Shown: in pieces, positions 33,901 through 36,128 of the stretch
Position numbering within the stretch: position 1 is the stretch's first letter
Layout of the letters: each line of letters opens with the position of its first letter
Assembly: GCA_964538595.1 (NCBI GenBank)
Contig: CAZIGO010000001.1
Location: 1-36,128, forward strand
Reading direction: 5' to 3'
DNA length: 36,128 nucleotides
Origin: an uncultured Chitinophagales bacterium
Lineage (GTDB): Bacteria > Bacteroidota > Bacteroidia > Chitinophagales > CAZIGO01
Notes under the pieces: model-generated
What the model saw: the letters and a program-made list of their open reading frames with translations, nothing else
Told to the model about the DNA's origin: nothing
Databases searched by the model: none
Program-made: the position numbers and the translations under genes

Positions 33901-36128
33901 CACTCCGGCTTAACCCCCACGGAACGACAAGTGGAGTCACAAACCATCCCAAAGGAATCTAACGTTACCAAACAAACATTATACGTATCAGCAGAAGCAT
34001 ATGTGTGGGTGGGATGCTGGACAGAGTCGGTCGTCCCATCGCCAAAATACCATATCCACTCAGCCACATCTCCCGTTGATTGGTCCGTAAAATCAACTGT
34101 CAATCCTGTATCAGCATAAGAAAAGTCAGCCGTACAACGAGAAGTATCTCCCGTTATATTAATATCATCGAGAAAAAGATTATTACCATACCCATTCTGG
34201 CCGACAAAAACTACTTGAACTCCTTTTTGCCCTTCATAAGCAGAGAGATCTATGTAAGTAGAATCCCATTCGCTGGAGGTAGGGAAAAACTCACCTGTGG
34301 TGGCTGGCCGGGTTTTTAACCCATCTTTCCCATCAGCGAAAATAGGAGTAAAACTATTACCGCAATCTGTTGATATATAAATAAAAAGAGAATCAAAATT
34401 GTTGTTGTCATAGTAAGTATACGCATGTTTAAAAGTCATATGCGCATTGTTGACCCTCTTTAGGTTAAGGTTAAAAGTATATAAGTAGTCGCGTGTCCCA
34501 ACGCTGGTATTATAATTGTAGAAATTTATATGAGCGGAAGAATCGCTATTACCAAAGGCCCCGTACGAAGCGGTTTGCCAGGTTTTATTTCCATCGGGAT
34601 TTTTTCGGCTCCATCCTTTTGGGGGGAATGCTGGTTTTTCAAAACCTTCTACCAAAGGGATGGAAGAATCTTTATCAGCTACGGTAATATAATTGTTCTT
34701 TATGATGGTGTCCTTTCCATGAGCATTACTAACTACCAACCGAACGTCGTAGGTGCCGGCAGAAGAGTAAGTAAAAGAGGGATGTTGGACAGTGGTGTCG
34801 ATGGTGCCATCATTTTGAAAATCCCATTTCCAATTGGTCGGTAAGTAAGAAGACTCATCATTGAAGTCGACGGCTCCTCCTAAGCAAACATCAGAAGGAT
34901 ACCCTGAAAACTGGGCGATAGGAGGATTATTAAGCGGATTTACTTTATTGGTCACACATTGAATAGCCTGATGAGCATTGATACGGCTTTCTCCCAGGTC
35001 AAGGGTAGAGTTATAAGGATCGCCAGTCCGCTCCATACACGCCTCAATAGAATCAGGATTCATAGTGGGATAAACAGATTTCATCAATCCTGCTAATGCC
35101 GCCACCAGGGGAGAGGCCATCGAAGTGCCACTAAAGTAACTATAATTATCAAAAGCGGTAGAGCTATAGAAGCCGGGGTCACTGCCATCACTATTATGTG
35201 GGCTACCTAAGGAGGCACATACGCCTGCTCCTTCGCCACCAGGAGCACACACATCCACCCATCCTCCATAATTTGTATAACAAGCTTCTACATCAGCACT
35301 ATCTACCGATGCCACAGCTATAACAGAATCATAAGCTGCCGGATACTGAGCGGTATTAGAAGCATCGTTTCCGGCCGCTGCCACACATACGATATTACTA
35401 TCATAGGCTTCCGTTATAATAGCCTGGTAAGTAGAACTGTAACTGCCCCCTCCCCAAGACATATTTATCACGTCAGCCCCATTGACAATAGCATATTCCA
35501 CCCCGTCATAAGCATTCTGCAAGCTACAGTTATTATCCGAAATCTTAATGGCCATTATATCTACGCCAAAACCCAACGAAGCAATGCCGAGTGCATTATT
35601 TGTTACTCCTCCTGCAATTCCCGAAACATGGGTGCCATGATCACAATTCTGGTCAGGAGGATAAGGCCACGGATCTCCCATACCGGCATCCCAACCAATC
35701 GTATCATCGACATAACCATTGTTATCCGTATCAGTGCCATCAGCAGCTTCATCCTCATTATGCCAAATATCGTTAGCTAAATCCGGGTGGTCGACTTGTA
35801 TAGCATTATCTACTACAGCTACTACAATATCGCTACTCCCTCGTGTAGTATCCCAGGCAGAAGAAGCACTCACCTGGGGAAGGGGGAAGAGAGTTCCATC
35901 GGTATAACGGGGATCATCAGGAGCGGCAAAAAGCTCGTGGTGAGGAACCTTTTCCGCGTATTCCACATAGTCTTCCGCTTCCAACTCCTTTATAAAATTA
36001 TCTACCCGCTCTACCTTTGAAAACTCTATCTTATACGTCTTTTGAAGCACCGGGTGATTTAACTTGTCAAAAGGTTTATTTATCCGCCGGATACCATACT
36101 TGTCAAAAAGGGAGCGAGGTAAGGGATG
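30948..36128 (-). CDS. Very large secreted S8 subtilase with 13 PKD domains and a T9SS C-terminal sorting domain; the 5' end lies outside the window
   Basis: The track ORF has 1700 aa from GTG 36050. The 26 codons upstream to the window edge (HPLPRSLFDKYGIRRINKPFDKLNHP) are also open, so the gene continues. Subtilase triad: D81 (VAVVDNA), H138 (DHGTHVSG) and S310 (GTSMASP). PKD signatures (WxWxFGDG ... HxY ... Y) occur 13 times. The C-terminus is LRFEVYPNPARSTVNIEY...GLYFIKLK. Confidence 0.9.
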   Translation of the reverse strand, partial: HPLPRSLFDKYGIRRINKPFDKLNHPVLQKTYKIEFSKVERVDNFIKELEAEDYVEYAEKVPHHELFAAPDDPRYTDGTLFPLPQVSASSAWDTTRGSSDIVVAVVDNAIQVDHPDLANDIWHNEDEAADGTDTDNNGYVDDTIGWDAGMGDPWPYPPDQNCDHGTHVSGIAGGVTNNALGIASLGFGVDIMAIKISDNNCSLQNAYDGVEYAIVNGADVINMSWGGGSYSSTYQAIITEAYDSNIVCVAAAGNDASNTAQYPAAYDSVIAVASVDSADVEACYTNYGGWVDVCAPGGEGAGVCASLGSPHNSDGSDPGFYSSTAFDNYSYFSGTSMASPLVAALAGLMKSVYPTMNPDSIEACMERTGDPYNSTLDLGESRINAHQAIQCVTNKVNPLNNPPIAQFSGYPSDVCLGGAVDFNDESSYLPTNWKWDFQNDGTIDTTVQHPSFTYSSAGTYDVRLVVSNAHGKDTIIKNNYITVADKDSSIPLVEGFEKPAFPPKGWSRKNPDGNKTWQTASYGAFGNSDSSAHINFYNYNTSVGTRDYLYTFNLNLKRVNNAHMTFKHAYTYYDNNNFDSLFIYISTDCGNSFTPIFADGKDGLKTRPATTGEFFPTSSEWDSTYIDLSAYEGQKGVQVVFVGQNGYGNNLFLDDINITGDTSRCTADFSYADTGLTVDFTDQSTGDVAEWIWYFGDGTTDSVQHPTHTYASADTYNVCLVTLDSFGMVCDSTCRSVGVKPECEAKFGADVNTSNCEVMFSDSSKGSPDKWTWWFGDGDTSSAQNPSHSYAVPDTYNVQLAIKNSSNGCTDTTTRSVNVKCPTCNATFTASDTGYVADFTNTTSGDDSTWLWTFGDGDSTKIKNPDHTYDTAGSYLVCLTTFDSTGAFCDSVCQSISITAPSCQAGFTYARDTSNCAVSFTDTSSGDPDHWTWWYGDGVTEKAYNPTHNYAAPDTYSVQLAIEDTTTACVDTGTQMVIAKCDTASQCTGDFTYADSILTVDFTNQSTGDGASWYWSFGDGDTSTLANPVHNYDYKGTYKVCLTVYDSSGQFCDSICQSVTVVDSTCEANFSYVMDSSQCKVDFTDQSTGGVTNWNWSFGDGDSTTLTSPSHTYSTEGTYSVQLMVRDTSTGCRDSTTKSVDMTCYSCAADFSYTAKSLQVDFTDQSNGDVAGWLWQFGDGDTMHEANPVHSYDKEGTYQVCLTTYDSTGTFCDSLCKAITIVDTSCQADFGYTKDSTQCSINFADSSSGGVNAWTWAFGDNDSSYLQNPTHTYSEEGSYNVVLTVEDTTTGCWDSIRQNITLYCAPGYSCNADFTYKDSSLQVDFTDQSSGDIMGWYWQFGDGDTSTQSSPLHNFDSSGTYGVCLTVFDSLGNFCDSTCQQVTVIKDTPATCQARFSYSTSGCEATFVDSSVNADKWYWQFGDMTDTFAQNPVHTYDSSGNYTVRLMTTDTTTGCQDTIVKSLFINCGGGVMCRAGFDHQDSSLTVTFTDTSSANVTSWYWQFGDGDTSTQQHPVHNYDSGGTYQVCQQVRVTDSTGSIVCVDSACQLISVSRLSCTASYTVQDSGLTVSFKGQSNSNVQDWRWNLGDGATDSVRQPTHTYSSADTYQVCLTIRDTAGCQAMFCDSVAVDEFSGWADYDQEDLRFEVYPNPARSTVNIEYGLPQSSNVEIIVYDVVGQEVQVIRSQNQKAGQHTLQWQPSVSKGLYFIKLKRQEGQPQIKKLQLLD
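30951..31202 (-). other. Type IX secretion system C-terminal sorting domain (CTD)
   Basis: The last ~84 aa read LRFEVYPNPARSTVNIEYGLPQSSNVEIIVYDVVGQEVQVIRSQNQKAGQHTLQWQPSVSKGLYFIKLKRQEGQPQIKKLQLLD. This fits the YPNPxxxxxxI ... V.iyd..G..v ... G.Y....... pattern of Por_Secre_tail domains. Confidence 0.85.
31245..34136 (-). repeat. Tandem array of 12 PKD domains with alternating A/B types (coding repeat; ~480-490 bp di-domain period)
   Basis: Domain starts (first Cys) fall at residues 639, 717, 798, 877, 961, 1040, 1121, 1200, 1284, 1366, 1447 and 1530. The A-to-A spacing is 159-163 aa. Confidence 0.85.
34152..34667 (-). other. Non-PKD beta-rich module (approx residues 462-633), possibly a choice-of-anchor-J/MAM-like binding domain
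   Basis: It begins SIPLVEGFEKPAFPPKGWSRKNPDGNKTWQ and ends GYGNNLFLDDINITG. The opening EGFE..FPP.GW pattern is what I remember for choice-of-anchor J domains. This assignment is not verified. Confidence 0.35.
34956..35873 (-). other. Peptidase S8 catalytic domain of the large ORF (approx residues 60-365)
   Basis: Catalytic D/H/S and oxyanion N228 (AAAGND) are read directly from the translation. A D/N/G-rich Ca-binding-like loop follows (DGTDTDNNGYVDD). Confidence 0.85.

Noticed and set aside
31245-34136. Considered whether the periodic repeat region could be a CRISPR array or non-coding satellite
   Set aside because: The period is about 480-490 bp rather than 60-75 bp. There are no short identical direct repeats with unique spacers. 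The repeats are conserved at protein level (PKD motifs) within one continuous ORF.
31269-36020. About 15 plus-strand ORFs of 60-138 aa inside the large minus-strand subtilase gene
   Set aside because: They are antisense shadow ORFs of a long, stop-poor coding repeat. I recognise no motifs, and they tile a gene whose own frame is supported by domain signatures.

Overview
This 36.1-kb segment looks like chromosomal DNA from a Bacteroidota genome. The evidence is a type IX secretion C-terminal sorting domain, DUF5606- and DUF4293-type genes, and several TAnnTTTG -7 promoter boxes. It is moderately AT-rich by eye. I call 33 protein-coding genes and one probable gene remnant. Almost all are housekeeping genes: uvrB, purQ, a dsbD-like reductase, serS, rho, rpmH-rnpA-yidD, an S41 C-terminal protease, a TauE-like permease, tsaB, dtd, rsgA, trmB and purK. 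There are also three kynurenine-pathway genes: a HAAO fragment at the left edge, and ACMSD plus kynureninase near 25 kb. The right end holds a tight macro-domain / EamA / acylphosphatase / ThpR cluster and one very large secreted subtilase with 13 PKD domains that runs off the window. I found no rRNA, tRNA, CRISPR array, transposase, integrase, toxin-antitoxin pair or recognisable defence gene. I do not see convincing evidence for a wholly new multi-gene system. The items most worth a second look are: (1) the giant T9SS subtilase, whose stalk is an alternating two-flavour, Cys-rich PKD super-repeat; (2) a roughly 105-residue, almost pure Lys/Ser polycationic insertion in Rho; (3) the macro-EamA-AcyP-ThpR candidate operon; (4) a dense TATCAA/TTGATA half-site array in front of a Cys-less ArsR-family regulator, inside a 1.25-kb low-coding-density patch that also holds a gene remnant; and (5) the eukaryote-like ACMSD-kynureninase pair. 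All family assignments come from reading the translations and from remembered family motifs. No searches were run.
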